A stretch of DNA of 64,000 bases from an uncultured Candidatus Saccharibacteria bacterium (GTDB lineage: Bacteria > Patescibacteriota > Minisyncoccia > Phycocordibacterales > UBA12088): contig CAZMLK010000001.1 of NCBI GenBank assembly GCA_964567265.1, positions 459,723-523,722 of the forward strand, written 5' to 3'. The position numbers were made by a program, and so were the translations under genes. Each line of letters opens with the position of its first letter. The stretch's first letter is position 1. Shown piece after piece: positions 36,284 through 45,217 of this stretch. The notes below the pieces were generated by a model. That model worked only from the letters and a program-made list of their open reading frames with translations, had not been told where the DNA came from and made no database searches.

Positions 36284-36829
36284 ATGGATAAGTTTAAAAA
36301 AGAACTAAAAAATGCATTTAAACTGCTCTCGATCTTTGTTATCGGGATACCAGTCTTTCTCGCTGCTCTTTATGGTTTCGCATCGCTCATGGCCAATAAT
36401 TCCAATGCTCCGGATGTAAATAAGGGGGTCATATCATTCATCTGTTCAAAACAAGAAGGCGCGAAAAACATTTCTTACTACCTCGTTAATACAGTCAGCG
36501 CAGTAGATCAAACAATTCAATTTTCAAATCCGTTACGCGACGTCGCAGTTCAGATGTCACGCATTTCTAATAAGGGAGGTTGGGATACTCAATCGCTCTG
36601 CACTCCAAATGTTATGGATTTACCGGAGGCGGAGTGGCAGACGCTTTCGATAGGATCAGACTGTGGCGTAGGGGCATCTATTTCCGCATGTGATGCAGAG
36701 ACAATTACAACCTCTAACGGCGTACAGATAATACGGTTGTTTCCTCTTGTGAACGGACTATATTCTGGAACCGCTGGATCTATAAAGAAAGGGGCGCTGA
36801 TCAAAATCACGGGTGTCTCCAAGAACTAA
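36284..36829 (+). CDS. Membrane-anchored hypothetical protein
   Basis: Internal ATG (MDKFKK) followed by a TM helix. Its stop sits 2 bp before the recombinase ATG. Confidence 0.4.
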   Translation: MDKFKKELKNAFKLLSIFVIGIPVFLAALYGFASLMANNSNAPDVNKGVISFICSKQEGAKNISYYLVNTVSAVDQTIQFSNPLRDVAVQMSRISNKGGWDTQSLCTPNVMDLPEAEWQTLSIGSDCGVGASISACDAETITTSNGVQIIRLFPLVNGLYSGTAGSIKKGALIKITGVSKN

Positions 36830-36830
36830 T

Positions 36831-38408
36831 ATGAAAGCAGTACTTTACGCACGAGTATCATCAAAGGATCAAGAGGAGCACGGCTACTCTCTTTCATCGC
36901 AACAAATGTTCCTTAAAGAATATGCGCAAAGAAAAGATCTTGAAGTGAATAGCAAGTGCATTTTTTCCGTATCAGAATCAGCAAGTTCGCGTAAGCAACG
37001 CGGAGTTTTTGCAGAAATGATGGCATACGCAATTAAGCATGACATAAAAGATCTTATCTGTGAGAAAGCCGATCGAATCACTCGTAATTTTAGAGACATG
37101 GTCGCTATCGATGACTGGCTAGAGGAGGATGATCAGAGACGCGTACACCTAGTCAAAGATAGTTTAGTAATGCATAGAAACTCGAGATCACAGGAAAAAT
37201 TAAACTGGGCAATTCGAGTAGTTTTTGCAAAAAATTACACAGACAATCTCTCGGAAGAAGTTAAAAAAGGACTCGCTGAAAAGTTGAGACAAGGATGGCT
37301 TCCAACAAAGCCTCCGGTTGGATACAAAACAATAGGAGAAAAAGGACGCAAGATTCACGTTATAGATGAGGACAAGGCTCCGCTAGTCAGAAAAATGTTT
37401 GAGCTGTATTCAACCGGCAATTACGGCACAGATACACTTGCAGAAATGATGTTCAAAGAAGGTCTCCGAAATGCGGGAGGCAAAAGAATATATAAGTCTC
37501 GCGTCGCAGTGCTTCTAACGGATCCGTTTTACATTGGCAAAATTAGGTACAACGACGCAATCCACAGAGGTGCACACGAGCGTCTAATCGGCGACGAATT
37601 ATTCGAGATAGTCCAAGGAAATCTAAAAGGAAATGGTGCTCCTCGATATCGACGCCACTCTCCGACATTCAAGTCGCTCATAAAGTGTGAGGAATGTGGC
37701 GGGTCGGTGACGTGGGAGATTCAGAAAGGACATTGGTATGGGCATTGCAATCGCTACAGAGAGTGCACTCAAAAGAAGTTTGTTAGACAGGAAAGGATTG
37801 AAGAGCAACTCCTGCCTTACTTGGATGAAATAACAATCAAAAATCCTCGTGTTCTCGAGTGGGTAAAGAAAGCCATGAAGGAAAGCCATGCTGATGAGAT
37901 AGCTTATAGCTCCTCCGCTCGGGATGAACTCAACAAACGATTTGAGTCTGTTCAGCGCCGCCTTGAGGCGCTCTACGACGATAAGCTGGATGGAAAGATT
38001 CCAGAAGACTTCTACCAAAGAAAATTTAAACAGTTCACTGAGGAGAAAGATCAGATCATTTCGGCGCTAAAAAGACACGACGGAGCAAATACGAAATACT
38101 ACGAACTCGGATCTAACGTGCTAGAACTTGCTCAAAGGGCAAAGGAGATCTATCTGAATGAAAATAGAACCGCCGACGAGAAAAGAATTCTCTTACGTTT
38201 AGTTTTTTCGAACCTCGTAATAAATGTAGATAAACTAACGGTTTCCTATAACAAAGCCTTCCAGATCCTTAGTACCTACTCGGGTATGTGGAATAAGAAA
38301 TTCGAACCGGAGGATAATGGCTCTGATAAAAGACAAAAAGGCACTTCCGTGCCTTCTCGTCCTATTTTGCTCCGGCGCCTGGATTCGAACCAGGGACCAA
38401 CGCGTTAA
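36831..38408 (+). CDS. Large serine recombinase (integrase)
   Basis: 'AVLYARVSSKDQ' resolvase-type catalytic Ser motif, a recombinase domain, a zinc ribbon 'CEECGG...C..C', and a coiled-coil C-terminus. The last codons ('LLRRLDSNQGPTR') translate the tRNA 3' end. Confidence 0.85.
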   Translation: MKAVLYARVSSKDQEEHGYSLSSQQMFLKEYAQRKDLEVNSKCIFSVSESASSRKQRGVFAEMMAYAIKHDIKDLICEKADRITRNFRDMVAIDDWLEEDDQRRVHLVKDSLVMHRNSRSQEKLNWAIRVVFAKNYTDNLSEEVKKGLAEKLRQGWLPTKPPVGYKTIGEKGRKIHVIDEDKAPLVRKMFELYSTGNYGTDTLAEMMFKEGLRNAGGKRIYKSRVAVLLTDPFYIGKIRYNDAIHRGAHERLIGDELFEIVQGNLKGNGAPRYRRHSPTFKSLIKCEECGGSVTWEIQKGHWYGHCNRYRECTQKKFVRQERIEEQLLPYLDEITIKNPRVLEWVKKAMKESHADEIAYSSSARDELNKRFESVQRRLEALYDDKLDGKIPEDFYQRKFKQFTEEKDQIISALKRHDGANTKYYELGSNVLELAQRAKEIYLNENRTADEKRILLRLVFSNLVINVDKLTVSYNKAFQILSTYSGMWNKKFEPEDNGSDKRQKGTSVPSRPILLRRLDSNQGPTR

Positions 38409-38442
38409 CAGCGCGCTGCTCTACCGCTGAGCTACACCGGAA
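38371..38442 (-). tRNA. tRNA-Asn (anticodon GTT)
   Basis: Hand-folded cloverleaf on the minus strand. Acceptor TCCGGTG/CGCCGGA; D-arm GCTC-AGCGGTA-GAGC; anticodon stem GCGCG/CGCGT with loop CTGTTAA; T-arm CCTGG-TTCGAAT-CCAGG; discriminator G; CCA not encoded. Confidence 0.8.
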
Positions 38443-38540
38443 TACGGGCATTCTAGCCAATATGCCCCCAGATTGCAATGTGACTTTCCGGGGCCGGACA
38501 AAAGAAAACAGGCTCCCGTAGGAGCCTGTAAGTGTGGCCT

Positions 38541-38665
38541 CGCTTTTGCGAGTGTTTGTGTCCCGCGCAAGCGCTGGGAAGATTTCCCGGTCACTTAGTG
38601 ACTCGAGAAGAATGTACGTGTCTGCTTTTGCAGATCTTTGTGCCCGCGCAAGCGCTGGGAGTGCA
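38541..38665. repeat. Two imperfect ~49-bp direct repeats, each with a 5-bp hairpin plus a 'TTTGTG(T)CCCGCGCAAGCGCTGGGA' box, upstream of tRNA-Asn
   Basis: Copy 1 at 38541-38589 and copy 2 at 38617-38665. The hairpin CTCGC-TTTT-GCGAG (copy 1) versus TCTGC-TTTT-GCAGA (copy 2) shows three compensatory pair changes. Confidence 0.4.
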
Positions 38666-38682
38666 ACTGAAGGGATGTGGAG

Positions 38683-39183
38683 TTAGTGACGCTCGCCATA
38701 CGGTTTGCCGCGCACATGCGCAGCCGTTGAACCGCCAGGCTGCCGGTGCTTTGCTCCGCCGCGTTCGGCACGGATTCGGCGACCAGAACCGTTTACTGGA
38801 TCGACTGGTCCCGTTTGACCCGTCGTCGCTAACCGCGCGAAAACATTTTCGCCGGGGTCGGGCGGAGGAGGCGTGTCGAGATCGACATCTTCCCGCTCGA
38901 GGTATGCGGGGATGATCGTTTCGCGGGCAACTTCGCCCTCGACTCCTTCGGCTACGAGTACCGCGTCAGCTGTCTCTTCGGCAGGCGTGAAACGGGTCTC
39001 GACGCCGATCGGATACTTGGCCCGATGTCTCCACCTGACGATCAGGCGGATTCCAACACCGACGATTGCGGCGACCAGTGCCACGCCGACACATACCTGC
39101 CACGAGAGCTTCAGATACATGCCAATCACAAGCGCAATCAGAAGTGCCGTGACGAGCACGACATTAAGTGCAGCTGTTGCCAT
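38683..39183 (-). CDS. Hypothetical small membrane protein (3' extent uncertain)
   Basis: Two N-terminal TM helices; the remainder is low-complexity. Confidence 0.3.
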   Translation of the reverse strand: MATAALNVVLVTALLIALVIGMYLKLSWQVCVGVALVAAIVGVGIRLIVRWRHRAKYPIGVETRFTPAEETADAVLVAEGVEGEVARETIIPAYLEREDVDLDTPPPPDPGENVFARLATTGQTGPVDPVNGSGRRIRAERGGAKHRQPGGSTAAHVRGKPYGERH

Positions 39184-39197
39184 TTACTCCCCCTTTC

Positions 39198-40376
39198 TCA
39201 GGAAGTGGCGTTGGCAGCTGACGGCCGGAAACGCCGGAAGCCAGCAATCATCGCATCGGTAGACCGGTAGGCAAGCATGCCGACCAGAAGTGCGACCAGA
39301 AACAGTACGATGCCGCCCGGATGCGCATTTGCGAAATCAATCGCGGATGCCATCCAGTTGTTCAGCTTGATGGCCGTGTACGCACCCCAATTGTCGAGGC
39401 TCGCAACGGTCGTGTTGAGGCTATTGATAGTGGCCTCCTGCGTTCCGAGCATATGGTTCAGCGAGCTGATAGTGCCATCGCGTTCGGCGGTCACTGCTTT
39501 TGCGGCAGCTAAGTCGAGCGATGCCTGCTTCATGGCTGCATTGAAGTTACGTTCCGCCTCCGCGAAACGTACCTGTGCTGCGTCGATGTCTGCTTGAGCC
39601 TGGTTCCGAGTGGCAGTAATGGTCGCGGTCGCGTTCTCCTGTACGCGTGCGACTTCGAGTCTGCTTACCTCTGCCCGCTTGGCGAGCGCGACCTGTACGG
39701 CTGCGTCGATTGCGGCCTGCGGGTCTACGAGCCGGGCATTCAGATCCCGGACTTGCCGTTCGAGTTCGCCGATCTGCACATCCTTGTTCAGGATCTGGAT
39801 CTCGAGCCCGGCTTCGCGTCCAAGGTTGGACGAGGCTGATGCGGACACGCGAGCGGGAGTGCTCGCGAGCTGTTCTTTCAGGTCTGTGATTTCTGCCCGG
39901 GCAGCGTCGAGTCTCTGCTTCAGCATGCTGTTTTCGACGACGAGCGCGGAGTTGTTGCCGGATGCGACATCCAGATTCACGCCGCCATTCGAGGCGACGA
40001 CGAAGTCCTGGAACTTCCCGCGGTCGAGTGGAAAGAGGTATACCTCGTTCGCCTTGTAACCGACGCGTGAGAACTCGGCATATTCGTCCCAGCCCATGTA
40101 CGGAAACTGTCCGTGCCAATGGGATCGCAAGCACGATTGTGCGGTCTCGCCTTGTGCCAGGAAATCCTGGCGCGCGGCAAGCTCACAGAAACGAGTAGGA
40201 TTGGTCTTCAGGTTTCCGAATTCCACCGGCACGAATGCGCGGAGGACATCTTCGGAAGGCCTCCCGGGACCGCTAAGGCCCTCGGGAGCCACTTGGAGCG
40301 CGTTCGCAGGATTCCCTGCGACGCCCGCAAGCAACAGGGCGACGAGCCCGGCGAGAAACGCCTGTGTACCCTTCAT
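39198..40376 (-). CDS. Secreted coiled-coil protein with a C-terminal TM anchor
   Basis: Signal peptide, a long Ala/Gln-rich heptad region, and a C-terminal TM helix. Confidence 0.5.
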   Translation of the reverse strand: MKGTQAFLAGLVALLLAGVAGNPANALQVAPEGLSGPGRPSEDVLRAFVPVEFGNLKTNPTRFCELAARQDFLAQGETAQSCLRSHWHGQFPYMGWDEYAEFSRVGYKANEVYLFPLDRGKFQDFVVASNGGVNLDVASGNNSALVVENSMLKQRLDAARAEITDLKEQLASTPARVSASASSNLGREAGLEIQILNKDVQIGELERQVRDLNARLVDPQAAIDAAVQVALAKRAEVSRLEVARVQENATATITATRNQAQADIDAAQVRFAEAERNFNAAMKQASLDLAAAKAVTAERDGTISSLNHMLGTQEATINSLNTTVASLDNWGAYTAIKLNNWMASAIDFANAHPGGIVLFLVALLVGMLAYRSTDAMIAGFRRFRPSAANATS

Positions 40377-40543
40377 CTAAGCCATCCTTTTCAGTTGTCA
40401 GATAACACTGACACGTGCGGGTGCACGTGCTCTGCCCCCAGTCATACTACATTTTTCGGCATGAAGCAAGGGTGAGTGTCGCGTTCGGTTTCTCCCCGTT
40501 TCCCTTTTCTCTCAAGAGTGCACATCGTTCATACTATGGATAT

Positions 40544-41170
40544 ATGTTCGGACTTGATCGGGAGGAAATGAAGGTCATGCGGTCGCTTTCGACGCCTTCA
40601 AAAATCCACGATTTCCTCGATACCCTTCCGGTGAATTGGGAAAAGAACGGAGACACCATCATGTCGCCGCGAAGAGTGCTTCGGGAACGGAAAGCGCACT
40701 GCCTCGAAGCCGCACTCTTCGCGGCGACCGCGCTCTGGATCCACGGCGAGGAGCCGCTCATCGTCGATCTCTCCCCGCTCCCCATCGACGACGGGCACGT
40801 GATCGCGATCTACAAGCGGCGCGGCCACTGGGGCGCGTTCAGCAAGACCAACCACGGCACCATCCGCTCGCGCGATCCGGTGTACCGGACCGTGCGCGAG
40901 CTCGCCGTTTCGTATTTCCATGAGTATTTCATCAACGAGACCGGGCAGAAGACGCTCCGTACGTACACCAAGCCCTTCAACTTGAAGCGTCTCGACACGG
41001 AATGGATTACATCGGAAGAGAATCTCGACCACATCAGCCTCGCGCTCGACGAGCTCACGCACTATCCCTTCATCCCGCGCGGCAACGAGCGACTCATACG
41101 GAAAGCGCACAAGACCGAGCGCGAAGCTGGAAGCGTCATCGAATGGGAGCGGAGCGACCCTCGTACGTGA
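40544..41170 (+). CDS. Predicted papain-like / transglutaminase-like cysteine-peptidase-fold protein
   Basis: Candidate Cys-His-Asp triad: 'AHCLEAALFAATALW' ... 'DDGHVIAIYKRRGHWGAFSKTNHG'. Confidence 0.4.
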   Translation: MFGLDREEMKVMRSLSTPSKIHDFLDTLPVNWEKNGDTIMSPRRVLRERKAHCLEAALFAATALWIHGEEPLIVDLSPLPIDDGHVIAIYKRRGHWGAFSKTNHGTIRSRDPVYRTVRELAVSYFHEYFINETGQKTLRTYTKPFNLKRLDTEWITSEENLDHISLALDELTHYPFIPRGNERLIRKAHKTEREAGSVIEWERSDPRT

Positions 41171-41183
41171 TATTCAAGGATCG

Positions 41184-42440
41184 CTAGATCGGACCCTGTT
41201 CGGAGGGCAGGCGGCTTTCGGCGATCATCGATTCGATGCGCATCCTGCGCGCGCCCGCGCGAAGCAGCTCGGTGAGTGTCGTCACTTCGATCGGCTTCGT
41301 CAGATGGTAGTCGAATCCCGAATCCCTGCTCGCAGTGCGATCGACTTCCTGCCCCCAGCCCGTCGTCGCCGCAAGCAGGATGTCGCCGCCCCACGGATGG
41401 CGGCGGATATGGTTCGCGACTTCGTAGCCGTTCATGCCGCGCATGCCGATGTCGAGAAGGACCACGTTCGGCCGGAAGAATTCCACCGTCTCGAGTGCTT
41501 CCTGCCCGTCATAGACGGTGCGCACATCGTGCCCCAGCCGGCCGACGATCTTCCCCATGCCCTGGGCCGCATCCTCGTTGTCATCAACCACGAGCACGCG
41601 GAGCGGCGTGTGTGCGTCCTGCTCGTACGCTTCCTCGCTGTCATTCCCTATCGGCGGCTTCTGGTGGATCGGGAGCCGTATCGTGAAGGTGCTTCCCTTT
41701 CCAAGGCCCGGACTTTCGGCCATGATGCTGCCTCCATGGAGTCGGATGATCCGTTCCGCGCGATGCAGGGAGATTCCAAGTCCCTCGACGCGGCTGTCGA
41801 GAACATTGCCGACGTCTGCATGCATCCGGAAAATGCCGTGGAGTTTTTCCGGGCTCATGCCCTCTCCGCTATCACGGATGATGATGGTCGCCTCGGTAGT
41901 GGTATATGAGATCGAAAGCCAAATGCGTCCACCGCGCTCAGTGAAGCAGCTCGCATTCCGGAGCAAGTCCCCGATGACCTGCCCGATGCGCTCGGAGTCA
42001 CCCTCTATATATGCGGCTTCGGCGGGCATGTCTACGAACAGCGTCTGCTCAAGCGCTTCTATCTCCGCGCGCGCAGTCGCGATCCCGAGATCGACTGCTG
42101 ATCGAATCGAGACTGATGCGGCCCGGTGGAGCGCGAAGGTGTTATCGGAAATCTGGGAGATATCGATAAGGTCATCCACGATCCTGCCGAGGTGGTTCGT
42201 CTGGCGGTCGATCATCGTGATCGCCGAGCGGAGCGGCGGCTCAAGAGTGCGGAGATGGAGGAGATCGACTGCGCTCCGTATCGGAGCGAGCGAATTGCGG
42301 AGCTCATGCGCCAGGCGAACCAGGAATTCCTCGGTCACGACCGCACGCGCTAGCTCAGGCCGTACGAGATCAACACCTCCATCCGGAGGCACGACAGCCG
42401 AGAGATGATCCGTCTTGCTCTTTTTTTCTAGCTTTTTCAT
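41184..42440 (-). CDS. Hybrid sensor histidine kinase / response regulator
   Basis: HisKA 'LAHELRNSLAPIRSAVDLL'; HATPase_c 'IIIRDSGEGM...GLGISL'; C-terminal REC 'LRVLVVDDNEDAAQGM...VLLDIGMRGMNGYEVA'. Confidence 0.8.
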   Translation of the reverse strand: MKKLEKKSKTDHLSAVVPPDGGVDLVRPELARAVVTEEFLVRLAHELRNSLAPIRSAVDLLHLRTLEPPLRSAITMIDRQTNHLGRIVDDLIDISQISDNTFALHRAASVSIRSAVDLGIATARAEIEALEQTLFVDMPAEAAYIEGDSERIGQVIGDLLRNASCFTERGGRIWLSISYTTTEATIIIRDSGEGMSPEKLHGIFRMHADVGNVLDSRVEGLGISLHRAERIIRLHGGSIMAESPGLGKGSTFTIRLPIHQKPPIGNDSEEAYEQDAHTPLRVLVVDDNEDAAQGMGKIVGRLGHDVRTVYDGQEALETVEFFRPNVVLLDIGMRGMNGYEVANHIRRHPWGGDILLAATTGWGQEVDRTASRDSGFDYHLTKPIEVTTLTELLRAGARRMRIESMIAESRLPSEQGPI

Positions 42441-42670
42441 AAGAGTATGGTATTCCCCGTTACTATCTCTCCAGCGTCGCACGGGCCAGATGAAGGAATA
42501 GTGAGCGAACATGAAGCTCCCGCGACCTCGCTGCTCCGTTCATATTCCATTCATCGGCACTTCGATATACTGGACCTTGAGAAATCGCTGCTGCTACCGA
42601 ATGGAAGCCATTAATGAGCACGCAGCGGTTTTTCATTTGGATATTTTCAGTTACCTTTCAAGGATTTGTG

Positions 42671-42874
42671 ATGTTCATTGAATATAAGCTAACGCGTACC
42701 CGAGGCATGCACACCATCCAATGCGTATATTGTGACGATACCCTCACCGGGCGGACACAGGCAGCTGCGATGGGCGCGTTCGGGAGGCATGTCCGCTCGG
42801 AACATTCGGACGCACTTGAATCCCTCCGGAGCGGCAAGCCTGGGAATCCTCCAGAGCTCGACGTGGCAAAATAG
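42671..42874 (+). CDS. Small protein with a C-x2-C...H-x4-H zinc-finger-like spacing (weak call)
   Basis: 'IQCVYCDDTLTGRTQAAAMGAFGRHVRSEH'. Confidence 0.25.
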   Translation: MFIEYKLTRTRGMHTIQCVYCDDTLTGRTQAAAMGAFGRHVRSEHSDALESLRSGKPGNPPELDVAK

Positions 42875-43072
42875 TGACAGATTGAAACGTTTTATGTTGA
42901 AATGTGATTATGAAGAATGTCTTCATGAAGCGTTCACGAGGCCTGTGGGACTATGAATGCATGGTTGCACTGCCTCGCATCCAAAACCTATACTAGAAAC
43001 CTATACTAGATTCAATCGGTTTGGATCTTGTCGCTTATTAGGCTAATGGGGCAGCGCTGCTATCATATACTT

Positions 43073-43744
43073 ATGAGAATTCTACTTGTCGAAGACGAGC
43101 AGGGTCTCGCAGACGCAATGGTCCGCGGCCTCTCACAAAAGGGCTATGCCGTTGATGTCCTCGGACAGGGTGATGAGGCGTTCACGCGCATCTCGCTCCA
43201 CCACGAGGATTACGATTTGATTATCTTGGACCTGATGCTCCCCGGCATGGATGGCGCTACCATCTGCAAAGGGGTCCGCGAGAAGAACATCACGACGCCG
43301 ATACTCATCCTTACCGCGCGCGATGAGGTCGAGAACAAGGTCGAGATGCTCCTCTCAGGAGCAGACGACTATATGGTGAAGCCGTTCTCATTCGACGAGC
43401 TCACGGCGCGCATGCAAGCACTCCTCCGCCGCCCGAGCCCGATGGTGCCCGTACTGCTCAATGTCGGCGATATCGAGCTCAATAGCGCGGAGCGTACCGT
43501 CCGCATCGCCGGACAGGATGTCCCGCTCACGCTCAAGGAATTCGTGCTCCTCGAATACTTCATGCGCCACCCAAATGAGGCGATCAACCGCGAGGATTTG
43601 CTCAGCCATTTGTGGGATTTCAATTATTCCTCGTTTAGCAACGTGGTAGACGTGCATGTTAAAAACCTTCGCAAAAAACTTAGCCGGGATGGGGAGAACC
43701 TTATTGAAACGGTTCGCGGCGTGGGCTACCGACTTAAAGGCTAG
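43073..43744 (+). CDS. OmpR-family response regulator
   Basis: REC 'MRILLVEDEQGLADAM...LIILDLMLPGMDG'; winged-helix 'trans_reg_C' ending 'RGVGYRLK'. Confidence 0.85.
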   Translation: MRILLVEDEQGLADAMVRGLSQKGYAVDVLGQGDEAFTRISLHHEDYDLIILDLMLPGMDGATICKGVREKNITTPILILTARDEVENKVEMLLSGADDYMVKPFSFDELTARMQALLRRPSPMVPVLLNVGDIELNSAERTVRIAGQDVPLTLKEFVLLEYFMRHPNEAINREDLLSHLWDFNYSSFSNVVDVHVKNLRKKLSRDGENLIETVRGVGYRLKG

Positions 43745-44810
43745 ATACGGATACGATCCGTTCTTCCGGACCCAGTGCAACGTCATCCTCTTGCAGGCAA
43801 TGCTGGGCGTCGCGATGCTCCTCTTCTTCGTCCTCGCGTTCAACTACATCTACCAGGGAATGGAGACAACGCTGCTCCATGGTATTCGAAGCACGAGCGC
43901 GATCGGGAGGGAGATCATCGGCACGGCTGACAGCGTGAAGACGAAGAGCTTCTTCGTCATCTTCAGCCTGTCATTCTGCATGACGGTCGTGTTCAGCTAC
44001 TTCATCACCCGCGTCGCGCTCACTCCTGCGCGCGATGCGCTCGCATCCCAGAAGCGCTTCATCAGCGACATCGCGCACGAGCTCCGCACTCCCCTGTCGG
44101 TCATCAAGACCAACAGCGAGGTGGCGATGTTCGATGCCACGATGAGCCCCGGGATCAGGCAAGCATTCGAAAGCACCATCACTGAGCTCGACCGCACGTC
44201 CGATATCATCAACAACCTGCTCAGCTTCAGCAATTGGACCAGCCCGGAGCGCGTGACGTTCAAGAACGTCGACGTGGGGCCGATCGTCGACAGCGCGATC
44301 AGGAAGCTGCAGACGCTGGCAACCAGCAAGAATCTCTCGATCACGACCGCGAAGAAGCCCCCGCATACGGTCTGGGGCAACGAGACCGCGCTCGAGCAGA
44401 TCGTGATCAACCTCGTGAAGAACGCGATCAACTACACGCCGCCCGGCGGCAAGATCACGGTGACTGTCGAACCGGACTACCAGGGCGGCGTCCTCCTCTT
44501 GGTCTCAGACACTGGGATCGGCATCGCGCAGAAGGATCTCTTCCATATCTTCGAGCCGTTCTATCGCGCCGAGCGCTCGCGCAACCGCCAGACGGGCTCG
44601 AGCGGGCTCGGCCTCACGATAGTGAGCGAGCTCGTGAAGCTGCATCGCGGCAAGATCACCGTGAAGAGCACACCGAATCGCGGCACGACAGTGATCGTGC
44701 GCCTTCACTATAACCAGGATGCCGTGCAGGCGGCATCCGAAGATGATACTGATGATTCAGGCGATGCGGTATCCCTCGACTTCCTTCGCGCGGCAGTAAA
44801 GAGCAAATAA
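43656..44810 (+). CDS. Membrane sensor histidine kinase. Its start is uncertain, since the track ORF overlaps the regulator by 89 nt; internal starts exist at 43689 and 43800.
   Basis: Two TM helices; HisKA 'ISDIAHELRTPLSVIKT'; HATPase_c 'VSDTGIGIAQKDLFHIFEPFYRAE...GSSGLGLTIV'. Confidence 0.75.
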   Translation: MLKTFAKNLAGMGRTLLKRFAAWATDLKARYGYDPFFRTQCNVILLQAMLGVAMLLFFVLAFNYIYQGMETTLLHGIRSTSAIGREIIGTADSVKTKSFFVIFSLSFCMTVVFSYFITRVALTPARDALASQKRFISDIAHELRTPLSVIKTNSEVAMFDATMSPGIRQAFESTITELDRTSDIINNLLSFSNWTSPERVTFKNVDVGPIVDSAIRKLQTLATSKNLSITTAKKPPHTVWGNETALEQIVINLVKNAINYTPPGGKITVTVEPDYQGGVLLLVSDTGIGIAQKDLFHIFEPFYRAERSRNRQTGSSGLGLTIVSELVKLHRGKITVKSTPNRGTTVIVRLHYNQDAVQAASEDDTDDSGDAVSLDFLRAAVKSK

Positions 44811-44831
44811 AAGAGCTGCATGAAAGGGTGC

Positions 44832-45212
44832 TTAGGCGCTTTTCGTGTATTTGGCAGCAACCTTCCAAAGATTGGCGAGTTCGAAGGGTTTCGGCAAATA
44901 ATCGTCTGCTCCGGCCTCTTCGGCGAGCGCATCCGCATGCGGATGCGCTGTCAGGATGACGATCGGGATATGCGCCGTCCGCGGGTCCCCCTTCAGCGTC
45001 TGCGCCACCTCCCGTCCGTCGGCCCCGAGGAGGGAGATATCCAGAAAAATAAGATGAGGTGCTTCGGCCTCGACGACATCCGCCCCGAGGAAGGTGTCCG
45101 AAGTGACGACGGCATAGTCCTTCATCTCGAGCGCCTGCTGCATCACGAAGAGGATGCCGGCGCTGTCATCGATGATCATTATTTTCTTCTTTGCTGTTTC
45201 TCGACTTTCCAT
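44832..45212 (-). CDS. Stand-alone CheY-like response regulator receiver
   Basis: 'KKIMIIDDSAGILFVM...LIFLDISLLGADG...KPF'. Confidence 0.8.
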   Translation of the reverse strand: MESRETAKKKIMIIDDSAGILFVMQQALEMKDYAVVTSDTFLGADVVEAEAPHLIFLDISLLGADGREVAQTLKGDPRTAHIPIVILTAHPHADALAEEAGADDYLPKPFELANLWKVAAKYTKSA

Positions 45213-45217
45213 CGTGC

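Larger units (their letters stand above)
25350..38442. mobile_element. Low-GC mosaic genomic island at tRNA-Asn: metal module + DUF4365/HEAT protein + AT-rich small genes + large serine recombinase
   Basis: GC visibly drops at about 25.3 kb and recovers at about 38.45 kb. The right end is a serine recombinase whose last 12 codons overlap the 3' end of the tRNA. Every island gene is absent from the flanking high-GC gene style. Confidence 0.6.

Noticed and set aside
36813-36830. Recombinase start at 36813, the track's first codon
   Set aside because: The codon at 36813 is GTG, and it overlaps the upstream stop. ATG at 36831 gives the canonical resolvase N-terminus 'MKAVLYARVSS'.
38541-38665. 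Possible CRISPR array, given the direct repeats with an intervening spacer
   Set aside because: Only two copies are present, with a ~51-bp spacer. The repeats are imperfect and there are no cas genes. This is better described as a duplicated regulatory or RNA element.
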